Source: a virus (lineage: Duplodnaviria > Caudoviricetes). Taken from it: a DNA stretch of 64,000 bases. Shown here one piece after another: positions 17,744 to 26,067 of the stretch; within the stretch, counting starts at the first letter, position 1; every line of letters begins with the position of its first letter. The stretch covers positions 32,001 through 96,000 of the IMG/VR virus record IMGVR_UViG_2974541498_000001; one strand, 5' to 3'. A program made the position numbers and the translations under genes. Under the pieces are notes generated by a model. That model saw only the letters and a program-made list of their open reading frames with translations. It was not told where the DNA came from and made no database searches.

Positions 17744-19639
17744 ATGGAAAAGTATTCAGGATTACCTTATAATCAGTTTAATGGGAATTTTATTGCTGAT
17801 GTTTTAAAAAGAACTTTTGGAGAAAAGAGTTATTATTCCCCAGATGAATTTGCATATGTTTTAGACTTTTTATATCCACAAAATTATACTTTAAATCATC
17901 ACCAGATTGGATCGGGTAGATTAACGACTAGAGTTCCACAAAGGAATTTAAACTTTCATGCCGCCCAAGATAGAAAATGGCAAGAACAAATATTAGCCGA
18001 TATGCATCCAAATGTGGCTGTTATTAAAAGTCGGCAATTAGGTATAACGGAAATGGGGATCGCTAAAACCCTGCACTGGATTGATACCTATGCCGATAAA
18101 AAAGCTAATGCAGGCTATTTCTTCCCAACTTATCGACAACTAGAAGATTTTACTAAATCTCGTTTTAACATGGTACTGCAAGATGAATATTTAAATTCTA
18201 TTGTGGATAGTAATACTAACAGTCAGAAGATTAAACGTATTCGGGATTCTTATATTTATTTCCGGACTAGTTCAACTCCTGCCGCCGCTGAAGGTGTCGA
18301 TTTATCAGAAGCAACTATTGACGAATATGACCGTGCTCCTGAGCAATCTATTCAGTCTATTAGAAACTCCTTAAAGGGTAACGAATTGCAATATCTATTA
18401 AGGTTCTCTACTCCTAGTGCTCCCGGAGTAGGTGTGGATAGACTATATGATTCTAGTGACCAATGGTACTGGGCTTATACTTGTAAGCATTGTGGTAAGC
18501 AGAATGAGATTAAATATGCTGATTTTGACTCTACCATTTCTGGGGACAAGAATGGAAGTATTCAATTAATCAATAAAGATGGTATTGACTTAGCGGCTAA
18601 AACAGTTGCTGAAGGAACTTATCGATATGTTTGCCGATATTGTGGTCATCCTTTAGATAGGAATGGTGGTATGTGGGTCCCTCGTTACCCTGAGCGTACT
18701 TCTAATAACCAGGGGGTAAGAGGATATTATATTAGCCAAACTAACGCTGTATGGATTTCTGCGTCCCAATTAAAGACAAGTGAATTGCAGTCTCCTTCTA
18801 AGCAAGAATTCTTTAACTATGATCTAGGACTACCTTTTTTAGATGCAAAACTATCGGTTATCCCTACTGATATTTATAATCACGCTACTAGAATACACCC
18901 GGCTAAAAATAGAGAGGAATATACTTTCATTACGGTAGGTATTGACTGGGGTGTTCAACATTCCATTATTGTTTATGGTATGCGAGACAGTGGGCAACTA
19001 GAAGTTATTAATAATTTCCAAGTCCAAGGTATTGGGGCCACTGATGCAAATCGAGTTGGCGCAGATGTAAGAGAGATTGCTAGAAAACTAGATCCGTATA
19101 ATCCTGATTTAATCCTTTGTGATATTGGGGATAGTGGGGAAAAATTAGCTGAATTAATGAATATGATGGGAAGAAATGTTGTATTCGGTTGTCAAAACAA
19201 TAGTTCGCCTACTACTGGATTAGCCACTTCTAGTGGGAGTATCCGCCCAGTATGGAACGCGAATAGCAACACCGTTAAAGTAGATAAATTACTAGAGAAT
19301 AAGCGGCATATATCCATGATTAAGCAAGGGAAAGTTGGCTTCTATAAAGAAAGAACTCCTCAATTACAACGGTTAGTTAAACACTGGGGTAATGTTATTA
19401 TTAAATCTATTGAAAACAATAATGGAATTAATAGAGAAGTTGTTACTAGACGGTCTTCTAATAATGAAGGCGGGGATCACTATGCCCAAGCCGAAATTTT
19501 AGCTAATATTGCTATGGATTATTTGAGAGAAAACAAATTAGGCACTTTTGGTATCGCTTATGATGTTATTGGTGATACTAAAACCAACGAACCGACTGAT
19601 ATTCAAAAAAGAATTAATGATAATTCCTTATTTGATTAA
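17744..19639 (+). CDS. terL: terminase large subunit
   Basis: VIKSRQLGITE Walker A, ATIDEYD Walker B, FSTP coupling motif, CxxC Zn motifs, VGIDWG and DHYAQA nuclease motifs. Confidence 0.95.
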   Translation: MEKYSGLPYNQFNGNFIADVLKRTFGEKSYYSPDEFAYVLDFLYPQNYTLNHHQIGSGRLTTRVPQRNLNFHAAQDRKWQEQILADMHPNVAVIKSRQLGITEMGIAKTLHWIDTYADKKANAGYFFPTYRQLEDFTKSRFNMVLQDEYLNSIVDSNTNSQKIKRIRDSYIYFRTSSTPAAAEGVDLSEATIDEYDRAPEQSIQSIRNSLKGNELQYLLRFSTPSAPGVGVDRLYDSSDQWYWAYTCKHCGKQNEIKYADFDSTISGDKNGSIQLINKDGIDLAAKTVAEGTYRYVCRYCGHPLDRNGGMWVPRYPERTSNNQGVRGYYISQTNAVWISASQLKTSELQSPSKQEFFNYDLGLPFLDAKLSVIPTDIYNHATRIHPAKNREEYTFITVGIDWGVQHSIIVYGMRDSGQLEVINNFQVQGIGATDANRVGADVREIARKLDPYNPDLILCDIGDSGEKLAELMNMMGRNVVFGCQNNSSPTTGLATSSGSIRPVWNANSNTVKVDKLLENKRHISMIKQGKVGFYKERTPQLQRLVKHWGNVIIKSIENNNGINREVVTRRSSNNEGGDHYAQAEILANIAMDYLRENKLGTFGIAYDVIGDTKTNEPTDIQKRINDNSLFD

Positions 19640-19669
19640 AAAGGGAACCCCGGATAGGGGTCCCTTTTT
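19639..19669. terminator. bidirectional intrinsic terminator at convergent junction
   Basis: AAAAGGGAACCC-CGGATA-GGGGTCCCTTTTT. Confidence 0.8.
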
Positions 19670-19724
19670 ATTTTAAATTATTAAAACTCATTTAGTCATC
19701 ATAATCTCCATTTATACTTTAATT

Positions 19725-20033
19725 CTAAGCATCGGGTAACTCAATATACTCGGACTCATGTTCCCAGAAATTATGCTGAGTTTTCGATCCTTCAAACCGT
19801 TTAAAGTCAGCGAATGAGTTCCAATGAAAATCTGGATTCTTTTCTAGTTCTTTATCCGCTAAGTCTTGTAAATAATGGGAAAATCCAGAGAATACCTTTA
19901 CCTGAGATAGCCCCATTTCATCCTTAACTGTAGCAGAGTATTCTTTCTTAAATAATAGCTTTCCATTCTGTACTACCTTAAAGTCATAGTTACCTGAGCT
20001 ATTCTTTACAAAGTCAATCTTAATATCCGTCAT
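19725..20033 (-). CDS. hypothetical protein
   Basis: 102-aa ORF with AGGAG RBS. Confidence 0.7.
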   Translation of the reverse strand: MTDIKIDFVKNSSGNYDFKVVQNGKLLFKKEYSATVKDEMGLSQVKVFSGFSHYLQDLADKELEKNPDFHWNSFADFKRFEGSKTQHNFWEHESEYIELPDA

Positions 20034-20048
20034 TTTATCACTCCTAAA

Positions 20049-20777
20049 TTATAATGATTTTACTTTCTGATTACTAACGAAATTTCTTAACCAAACTTCT
20101 TTTCCTAGTAATTGGTTGTTAACGAAATTGCTTAACCAAACTTCTTTTTCCGGTAATTGATGACTAACGAAATGACTTAGCCAAACTTCTTTTCCTGGTC
20201 TTTGATTACTGATGAAATTGCTTATCCAAACTTCTTTTGCCGGTCTTTGGTTGTTAACGAAACTGCTTAACCAAACTTCTTTTCCCGGTCTTTGGTCATT
20301 AACGAAATTACTTAGCCAAACTTCTTTTGCCGGTCTTTGGCTACTAACGAAATTGCTTAGCCAAACACCTACTCGTTTATCTCTATCCAATAACCTTTTA
20401 ATATCAGAAGTAGACATCCCCGTAAACTTAGGATTATTCCGATTGGACTTAACGAACCCTTTTTCACTAGCCCAAGTTTGTCCTCCAGAATCAGCCTTTT
20501 GATAGAAACTATCCTGAGTGTCATATTTCTGTACTAATTGACCTTCCCGTAAAGAAACTTCATCAGCATTCTTACAAGTCTGCTCATAATCCCAAGTAAA
20601 GTCATATACTAATTTTTCCTTCTTTAATTCTTCTACATGTACCTCTTCATAGTCAGAGAAATCCTTATCTTCTTTGTGCTCGCTGAAGCGTTGCTTAATT
20701 GTCCGATTAGTATAACCCACATAAATAGGGATACCATCACCATATATTACATAGAATCTTGAAGTTATCTTAAACAT
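20049..20777 (-). CDS. GIY-YIG endonuclease domain fused to 7 tandem 15-aa repeats
   Basis: FYVIY..IPIYVGYTNRTIKQRFSEH...SLRE motifs; C-terminal (KEVWLSNFVxxQRPx)7. Confidence 0.8.
   Translation of the reverse strand: MFKITSRFYVIYGDGIPIYVGYTNRTIKQRFSEHKEDKDFSDYEEVHVEELKKEKLVYDFTWDYEQTCKNADEVSLREGQLVQKYDTQDSFYQKADSGGQTWASEKGFVKSNRNNPKFTGMSTSDIKRLLDRDKRVGVWLSNFVSSQRPAKEVWLSNFVNDQRPGKEVWLSSFVNNQRPAKEVWISNFISNQRPGKEVWLSHFVSHQLPEKEVWLSNFVNNQLLGKEVWLRNFVSNQKVKSL
20066..20366 (-). repeat. 45-bp coding tandem repeat, 7 copies
   Basis: CCAAAC recurs at 20091, 20136, 20181, 20226, 20271, 20316 and 20361. Confidence 0.95.
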
Positions 20778-20779
20778 GA

Positions 20780-21331
20780 CTAGTATTCGACTCCTTCATT
20801 AATTGGCAATGTTACACATCTAAATCCATTATCACTACCAGGTAGTTTCATAGAAGTCAGTACCAGGTAACTTTCTGAACCTGCACTAGATATGGTAACC
20901 TCTACTTTTTTAAGGTCATCAATGTTTTTTCCCTTGTGAAAGTCTACTCCACGTAGGTACAGAATGCTGTACACACCTGATGTTGCATCTCCTGTGATAC
21001 TATCACACCTACCAAGAGTGTTATCTTCAGCATCATACAGAGTAATAGATGGGTACCATGCATCCTTTTTGGTATCCTTAGTACTCTCACTGGTACCTAA
21101 AACATTTCCCTCTGAATCTGATAAAATAATCTTCGGGTGTTCCGATTGATTCTTGCTTGGATCAAATAAGTGAAGTTTTTCTAGTAGTTCTTCTACCATA
21201 TCCATGCCTTCTTGATATTCTTTACTATCAATTTCTGTACAATGCTGTAACCAGTAGAACAAATTATCTAGATAATCTTGAACTTCTATAATGTTATCCT
21301 CTAACTTTTGTGCTACTTCTTCATTCTTCAT
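20780..21331 (-). CDS. hypothetical protein
   Basis: 183-aa ORF with internal duplication ILSDSEGNVLG / TLYDAEDNTLG. Confidence 0.7.
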   Translation of the reverse strand: MKNEEVAQKLEDNIIEVQDYLDNLFYWLQHCTEIDSKEYQEGMDMVEELLEKLHLFDPSKNQSEHPKIILSDSEGNVLGTSESTKDTKKDAWYPSITLYDAEDNTLGRCDSITGDATSGVYSILYLRGVDFHKGKNIDDLKKVEVTISSAGSESYLVLTSMKLPGSDNGFRCVTLPINEGVEY

Positions 21332-21683
21332 GATTAGTTACTCCTTCTTCTTGACCACTTTGTACCTGATATTCCTGTCTATGATGATAATGATTTTGCA
21401 AGTTATCACTATCTGAACCTAAGTAGTCAATACCCAGAGTATCCTTCAAGTACTTTATAGAAATATCTTTACCAAGATGATAGAATAGTACACTATCATT
21501 GAACCACTTTAAGGCTTTCATAGCTTCCTTGTCTGTACTACCTTCTACTAGGTACCCTTTATCTTGTAGGTACTTTTCTAATCGTTCGCTATGGTCAACA
21601 GCAAAATAATGTTGTACTACCATGTCTCCAACCTTGCTTTGTACCATTTCTGGTACGATAATTTCGTGTCCATCAATATTCAT
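21321..21683 (-). CDS. hypothetical protein
   Basis: 120-aa ORF with RBS. Confidence 0.7.
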   Translation of the reverse strand: MNIDGHEIIVPEMVQSKVGDMVVQHYFAVDHSERLEKYLQDKGYLVEGSTDKEAMKALKWFNDSVLFYHLGKDISIKYLKDTLGIDYLGSDSDNLQNHYHHRQEYQVQSGQEEGVTNHEE

Positions 21684-21697
21684 TAATTAATTTCTCC

Positions 21698-21877
21698 TTA
21701 CATATAGTCCTGATTTTCTAAAAGAAAATAAATATCTTGCACAACTTGCCATTTTTTCTTTAGATCATAAAACTCATCTAAATTTCCATTTTCATAGTTT
21801 TCATAATTAGGTTCCTCTGGCTGTTCCTGTAAGGCATTTCTTAATTTGTCTAAAAATTCATATTGTTCATCAGTCAT
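21698..21877 (-). CDS. small hypothetical protein (not in ORF track)
   Basis: 59 aa MTDEQYEFLDKLRNALQ...ENQDYM; fills the operon gap. Confidence 0.6.
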   Translation of the reverse strand: MTDEQYEFLDKLRNALQEQPEEPNYENYENGNLDEFYDLKKKWQVVQDIYFLLENQDYM

Positions 21878-21879
21878 AA

Positions 21880-22389
21880 TTATTTCACCCCAGTGTAATC
21901 ATGGGCAATCTTAGCGCTAACACATGCGACTAATCCCACAATTAAATCGTCTAAGAAAACATTTACAGAAGTATTATCCTGATCTAGCTTAGCAATAATC
22001 CCAGTCTTCTCTTTATCTAACCATCCAGCACTGGTGATTCCAATTCCTCCATATAAGGAGGAAAAGCCATAATAAGCTAACACTTCGTCTACGGCGAATA
22101 CTCCCAGATCTTCATCCATAATAGTTTGTAGTGGTTCATCTAATTCCTTATTAGAAGCATCTTTGTCTAAAGCAATTCCTACCATGCAACAATTTAAGAT
22201 ATCCCATTTCCTAGTGATTTCTAAAGTAGCTGAAATATATTTTTCTAAGGGAACTTCTGGTAAGAACTTCTTTTGCAACCCCATAGCTAATTCTCCAATG
22301 GACTTTTCTGTTACTCCTTTGCTATTTAAATAATTCCATACGTATCCATATGCGAGCGTGCTTGGATACTTATCACGGTTATTTAACAT
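21880..22389 (-). CDS. pgpA: phosphatidylglycerophosphatase A family protein (YutG-like)
   Basis: GIALD...D.GVFAVDEVLA....YGGIG.T..GWLDKEK.GII...VFLDDLI.GLVA. Confidence 0.85.
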   Translation of the reverse strand: MLNNRDKYPSTLAYGYVWNYLNSKGVTEKSIGELAMGLQKKFLPEVPLEKYISATLEITRKWDILNCCMVGIALDKDASNKELDEPLQTIMDEDLGVFAVDEVLAYYGFSSLYGGIGITSAGWLDKEKTGIIAKLDQDNTSVNVFLDDLIVGLVACVSAKIAHDYTGVK

Positions 22390-22391
22390 AT

Positions 22392-22547
22392 TTACTCCTC
22401 TCTATTAACCAAATTTAATTGGCTAATCGCTTCTCTTACTTCATTTTTAATACGCCCTCTAGACATCCATTCGTTATCAATATCATCTAAAATGATATTT
22501 AGCTGTTCTACCGCTAGTTTTAAATAAGTTTCCGATTCAATATCCAT
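22392..22547 (-). CDS. small hypothetical protein (not in ORF track)
   Basis: 51 aa MDIESETYLKLAVEQL..., AAGGAG RBS after promoter. Confidence 0.6.
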   Translation of the reverse strand: MDIESETYLKLAVEQLNIILDDIDNEWMSRGRIKNEVREAISQLNLVNREE

Positions 22548-22575
22548 AGTATTATCTCCTTTTGTTTATGTATTA

Positions 22576-22612
22576 AATATACAACAAAAAAAGAGGACTG
22601 TCAATCCTCTTT
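22576..22612 (-). promoter_or_regulatory. terminator hairpin carrying -35 of a sigmaA promoter
   Basis: AGAGGA-TTGACAG-TCCTCT-TTTTTT; TTGACA-17bp-TATATT. Confidence 0.75.
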
Positions 22613-22625
22613 TAATTAATTAATA

Positions 22626-23375
22626 TTATTCAATTTTGCTTAATCCCTGCTTAATACGCCCTCGCTTAAACCAAGGGGATACCGTAAAGGCTAGAATATC
22701 ATTAATAACATAAATACTAGCGTTAACAGCCATAGCGATAGTAGCGTCACCTTGGCTAAAGGTAACAGCCCAAAGGATTAATTGGGCTATACCACTAGCT
22801 AACCACCAAAAATATTGGTTGTTATATCGTAAGAAGCACATAACTCCAGCAGTAAGACTTACCGCAAAGGCAAATGCATCAAACCAAGGACGAGGATCAT
22901 TTGTAAAGGCACCAATAGCCCACCCAGATAATAAATAAACTAGCAGGGTGGATACTAACGCAATAACCCATTCCTTCTTAGCAAACTTTCGCAAGTTATT
23001 AACAGTATTATCATTCCAAGTTTTAACTGCGAATAGAACGGGGAGGTCTAGAGTAACCACATAGGCAATTTGTTCTAGGATACTTAGGTAGTTCTTAGCA
23101 TGCCACCCCACATAGATAAAACAGATAGCTGATAATAATCCAAGCCATCCATTAACGCTCTTAGCGGCATTAATAGATAAAATGCATAAAACTCCCAGTG
23201 TTGTTCCAATAAATGTTAGGGTAGTATCTAAAGTAATAGGTCCCCCAATAAATAATGCCAATTGAAATCCAAAACTAAAAAAGTAAAGCATGTAATTCTG
23301 AATCGGCCAGCCTTTCAACTGACTAACCAACCATGAAAAATAATTCTGTTTTGTTGCAACTTCCTTTGAATCCAA
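22626..23375 (-). CDS. pnuC: PnuC-family nucleoside/nicotinamide riboside transporter
   Basis: 7-8 TM helices; GTTLGVLC, NGWLGLLSA, DPRPWFDA, QYFWW motifs. Confidence 0.85.
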   Translation of the reverse strand: MDSKEVATKQNYFSWLVSQLKGWPIQNYMLYFFSFGFQLALFIGGPITLDTTLTFIGTTLGVLCILSINAAKSVNGWLGLLSAICFIYVGWHAKNYLSILEQIAYVVTLDLPVLFAVKTWNDNTVNNLRKFAKKEWVIALVSTLLVYLLSGWAIGAFTNDPRPWFDAFAFAVSLTAGVMCFLRYNNQYFWWLASGIAQLILWAVTFSQGDATIAMAVNASIYVINDILAFTVSPWFKRGRIKQGLSKIE

Positions 23376-23477
23376 GAACGAAAACTCCCTTTCTATTTTA
23401 GGTTTATACCTGATAACCAGGCACCCTTATCCAGCTTTACACTATCTTGGTGGTTTTAAGACATACTGGTCATACTA

Positions 23478-23822
23478 TTACTTATTATTAATCTTTTCTT
23501 GCATTTTATTTACCCACTTAGGGTATTCTTTATCATTCTTAGCTTTTAATCGCTTGGCAATAGCATCATATTCATCTTTGTTCTCTCTATATCTTTTTGC
23601 TAAAACAGCATTAACTTCTTTAAGAATATCATCATTTTTCTTATTTGAGAAGCTAATTATCGGTATATCTGCTACCTTTTTTAATTTACTGCTAATTTTA
23701 GCTAGCTCTTTATCTCTCTTCTTTTTATATGTCTTAGCTTCATCTTCTGACATATTTCCTAGAAGATAATAATCTAGGTAGTCTTTACTTTCTTCATCTA
23801 AGTTATCATAGGCAATTTCCAT
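23478..23822 (-). CDS. hypothetical protein
   Basis: 114-aa ORF. Confidence 0.65.
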   Translation of the reverse strand: MEIAYDNLDEESKDYLDYYLLGNMSEDEAKTYKKKRDKELAKISSKLKKVADIPIISFSNKKNDDILKEVNAVLAKRYRENKDEYDAIAKRLKAKNDKEYPKWVNKMQEKINNK

Positions 23823-24301
23823 TAATTACACATCCAAGTCTTCTTATAGTCTATCCAAGTATTTCTAGCAAACTCTTCAAAAGTATCTTCCTTAAAAATA
23901 TAATGTGTATAATAAAATGTTTTAGTTTTAACAGTTAAATCAGTTCTTCTTTTAGTATTATTCAACATATCGTTTAAAGTATAATAATAAGGCTTTCCAT
24001 CTGGCGTATAATAATATCTTTTTGTATAGGATTTATGAATTGCTGGACTAAAATCATTGTTCTTATACTTGGAATAAGTTATATTAATATATTTTCTAAC
24101 TTCGGAGATACTATATCTAGAAACATAATCACAAATATCCCAGCTATCATACAGTTTTTTATATTGGCAATTCTGTGGTAGGTAATCATCATAATCGCCA
24201 CGATTGATTCTTCTTCTAGTAATTCTGCTTGCTTCCTTTTTTAACTGGTGCGCTGATTTACCATTCTTTAGAATAGGATTCTTTCGGTAGCTTCTAGACA
24301 A
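23822..24301 (-). CDS. hypothetical protein (MSRSYRK...YKKLYDSWDICDY phage family)
   Basis: 159-aa ORF directly downstream of tRNA-Arg. Confidence 0.7.
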   Translation of the reverse strand: MSRSYRKNPILKNGKSAHQLKKEASRITRRRINRGDYDDYLPQNCQYKKLYDSWDICDYVSRYSISEVRKYINITYSKYKNNDFSPAIHKSYTKRYYYTPDGKPYYYTLNDMLNNTKRRTDLTVKTKTFYYTHYIFKEDTFEEFARNTWIDYKKTWMCN

Positions 24302-24316
24302 TTAGATCACCTTCTA

Positions 24317-24388
24317 TGCTCTAATAGGGGATCGAACCCTAATCAAAAGTTTAGGAAACTCTTATGCTATCCATTACACCATTAGAGC
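24317..24388 (-). tRNA. tRNA-Arg(CCU)
   Basis: cloverleaf GCTCTAA..., anticodon loop TTCCTAA, T-loop TTCGATC. Confidence 0.85.
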
Positions 24389-24479
24389 AGAATAAGTATG
24401 GTTCTATTGTACCATACTTATATTACTTTAAATACCTATTTATTTAAAAAATATTAAATTAATCATAGTAATAAGTTGT

Positions 24480-24671
24480 TTATTTCCCCGTAATAAATAC
24501 AGTCCCTAAAGGAAATTCATATTCCTCTGCAAAATCATCATCTGGGGAAACTTGTAATTCTGGATCATAATTAGGAATTTCTAAAGCTCCCCCTGTCGAA
24601 TGATTATAGATAGCAACTTCTGTTTCACCATCATATTTCTCTAATTCCTTAATTAAATCTTTAACTTTCAT
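24480..24671 (-). CDS. small hypothetical protein (MKVKDLIKELEKYD family)
   Basis: 63 aa, ATGA overlap. Confidence 0.7.
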   Translation of the reverse strand: MKVKDLIKELEKYDGETEVAIYNHSTGGALEIPNYDPELQVSPDDDFAEEYEFPLGTVFITGK

Positions 24672-25387
24672 TTTAAATACCCGATAAAATATTGATTATC
24701 TTCCTTTTGCGAAGTAGGTGTAATATCTGTAATAACTTCATATAAAACCTTCTCTGGATTGTTATTAAATTCCTTGTAATAATAAAGAGTTCCAATATTA
24801 CTAGTATGGTTATAGATAAAGTCTACGATATCATCTACTGTAATAATATATTCTTTACATTCAGTAAAATACCCGCGACTATCTTCTTTAATAGCAGAAG
24901 TAATAGCAATCATAGTCCCATTACTCCAACCAATATTCTTCACTAGCAGACCAGTATTTAAAGGTAACCCAACACTATTATGATTTGCTTCAAGCTTATC
25001 TGACTGTTCAAATAAATCTTGAATAGTTCCTAATACTTTCTTGTGCATTTCCTTCTTAGAGTTTGGAACTACTACTCCGCCATGAATAGTATCAATAGGC
25101 TTATTTTTATCCTGAAAATAGAAATCTTGCCAATCATCTGCTAATAAATCCTCTTGGCTAGGAGACCAGCCTACCTGTAGTTCCCCCTTACTATTTTTTA
25201 AATCAATATGGGGGTTAATTGTAACTTCCTTATCAGTTAGACTAAATCTTAAAGTATCATTATTTATCTTACTCTTAGGAATAACTGATCCGCTTTCAAG
25301 GTAAATAAACATATTCTTACCATTCCAGCCTTTTCGATAGGCTTTATTACCTCTCATAACACTCTTCAATACTTCATAGAATTTCAT
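24668..25387 (-). CDS. DUF2829 / Tad2-like N-terminal domain fused to unknown C-terminal domain
   Basis: MKFYEVL...GNKAYRKGWNGKNMFIYL...PHIDLKN..G....GWSPSQEDLLADDW. Confidence 0.75.
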   Translation of the reverse strand: MKFYEVLKSVMRGNKAYRKGWNGKNMFIYLESGSVIPKSKINNDTLRFSLTDKEVTINPHIDLKNSKGELQVGWSPSQEDLLADDWQDFYFQDKNKPIDTIHGGVVVPNSKKEMHKKVLGTIQDLFEQSDKLEANHNSVGLPLNTGLLVKNIGWSNGTMIAITSAIKEDSRGYFTECKEYIITVDDIVDFIYNHTSNIGTLYYYKEFNNNPEKVLYEVITDITPTSQKEDNQYFIGYLK

Positions 25388-25650
25388 AGATTACTATCTC
25401 CATCCTCAAAAAGTTTTAATAATTCTTTCATACCCTTACTATTAAGCATCTGATTAACAGATTTATTAATAGCCTTATCATCGTTAGTTAAATTTCTAAA
25501 GGAGCGTTTAAAATCCGTATTAGTTCTATCAAAGTCCTTATTAGTTCTATCAAAGTCACTGCTAATCTTTTCTCGATTAGTAACTTTTAAAATATTATTC
25601 TTATTGGGACTTTTATTAACAATATATATTAGCTTACTAACTTTATTCAT
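25384..25650 (-). CDS. hypothetical coiled-coil protein
   Basis: 88 aa with DFDRTNK heptad duplication. Confidence 0.6.
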   Translation of the reverse strand: MNKVSKLIYIVNKSPNKNNILKVTNREKISSDFDRTNKDFDRTNTDFKRSFRNLTNDDKAINKSVNQMLNSKGMKELLKLFEDGDSNL

Positions 25651-25651
25651 A

Positions 25652-26014
25652 TTACCAATTCTCTCTATATACTTCTCCTAGAAGGGTCTCTTTACCATCC
25701 CAACCAGTATGATATTCTTCTTTAGGAGCTTGTCCTAATTCAATACATTCTTTAATACTATTTGCTTCAGCATCTTCGACAGTACCATCGTCTAAATATT
25801 TAGTATATAGATAAGTAGTATCTGGGAAGCCTTCGATCTCGCTATTCTTAAATAAAATACTGAATTCTACGGAGTCATCTAAATTCTTAATAGTGTATAG
25901 ATTAGCTATTGGGGATTCCTTAATATCCCAATTCTTAGGATTAAATCCTTCTTTAACCAGTAAAACATCGATTAAAAATCCGGCATATTTATTTTTCATT
26001 AAAAATACCTCCAT
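25652..26014 (-). CDS. hypothetical protein
   Basis: ORF after TTGACT promoter; start may be MKNKY after GGAGG. Confidence 0.65.
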   Translation of the reverse strand: MEVFLMKNKYAGFLIDVLLVKEGFNPKNWDIKESPIANLYTIKNLDDSVEFSILFKNSEIEGFPDTTYLYTKYLDDGTVEDAEANSIKECIELGQAPKEEYHTGWDGKETLLGEVYRENW

Positions 26015-26067
26015 ATTCTATACTTATTCTAGCATATTTATGTTTTTAAGTCAATCTATTCCCAAAA

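Noticed and set aside
17744-19639. Intron or intein in terL (common in Twort-like phages)
   Set aside because: Single uninterrupted 631-aa ORF with all motifs and no intein signature.
20066-20366. 45-bp repeat array as CRISPR or mini-array
   Set aside because: Units are contiguous with no unique spacers, in frame within an ORF, and no cas genes are present.
20212-20502. Repetitive plus-strand ORF
   Set aside because: Antisense shadow of the 45-bp coding repeat; no RBS or promoter.
23376-23477. Known NAD-II or purine riboswitch upstream of pnuC
   Set aside because: Conserved cores not found by eye; kept only as an unassigned structured leader.
25518-25558. 21-bp tandem duplication in ORF 25384..25650
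   Set aside because: Two copies only, a simple heptad duplication in a coiled coil.
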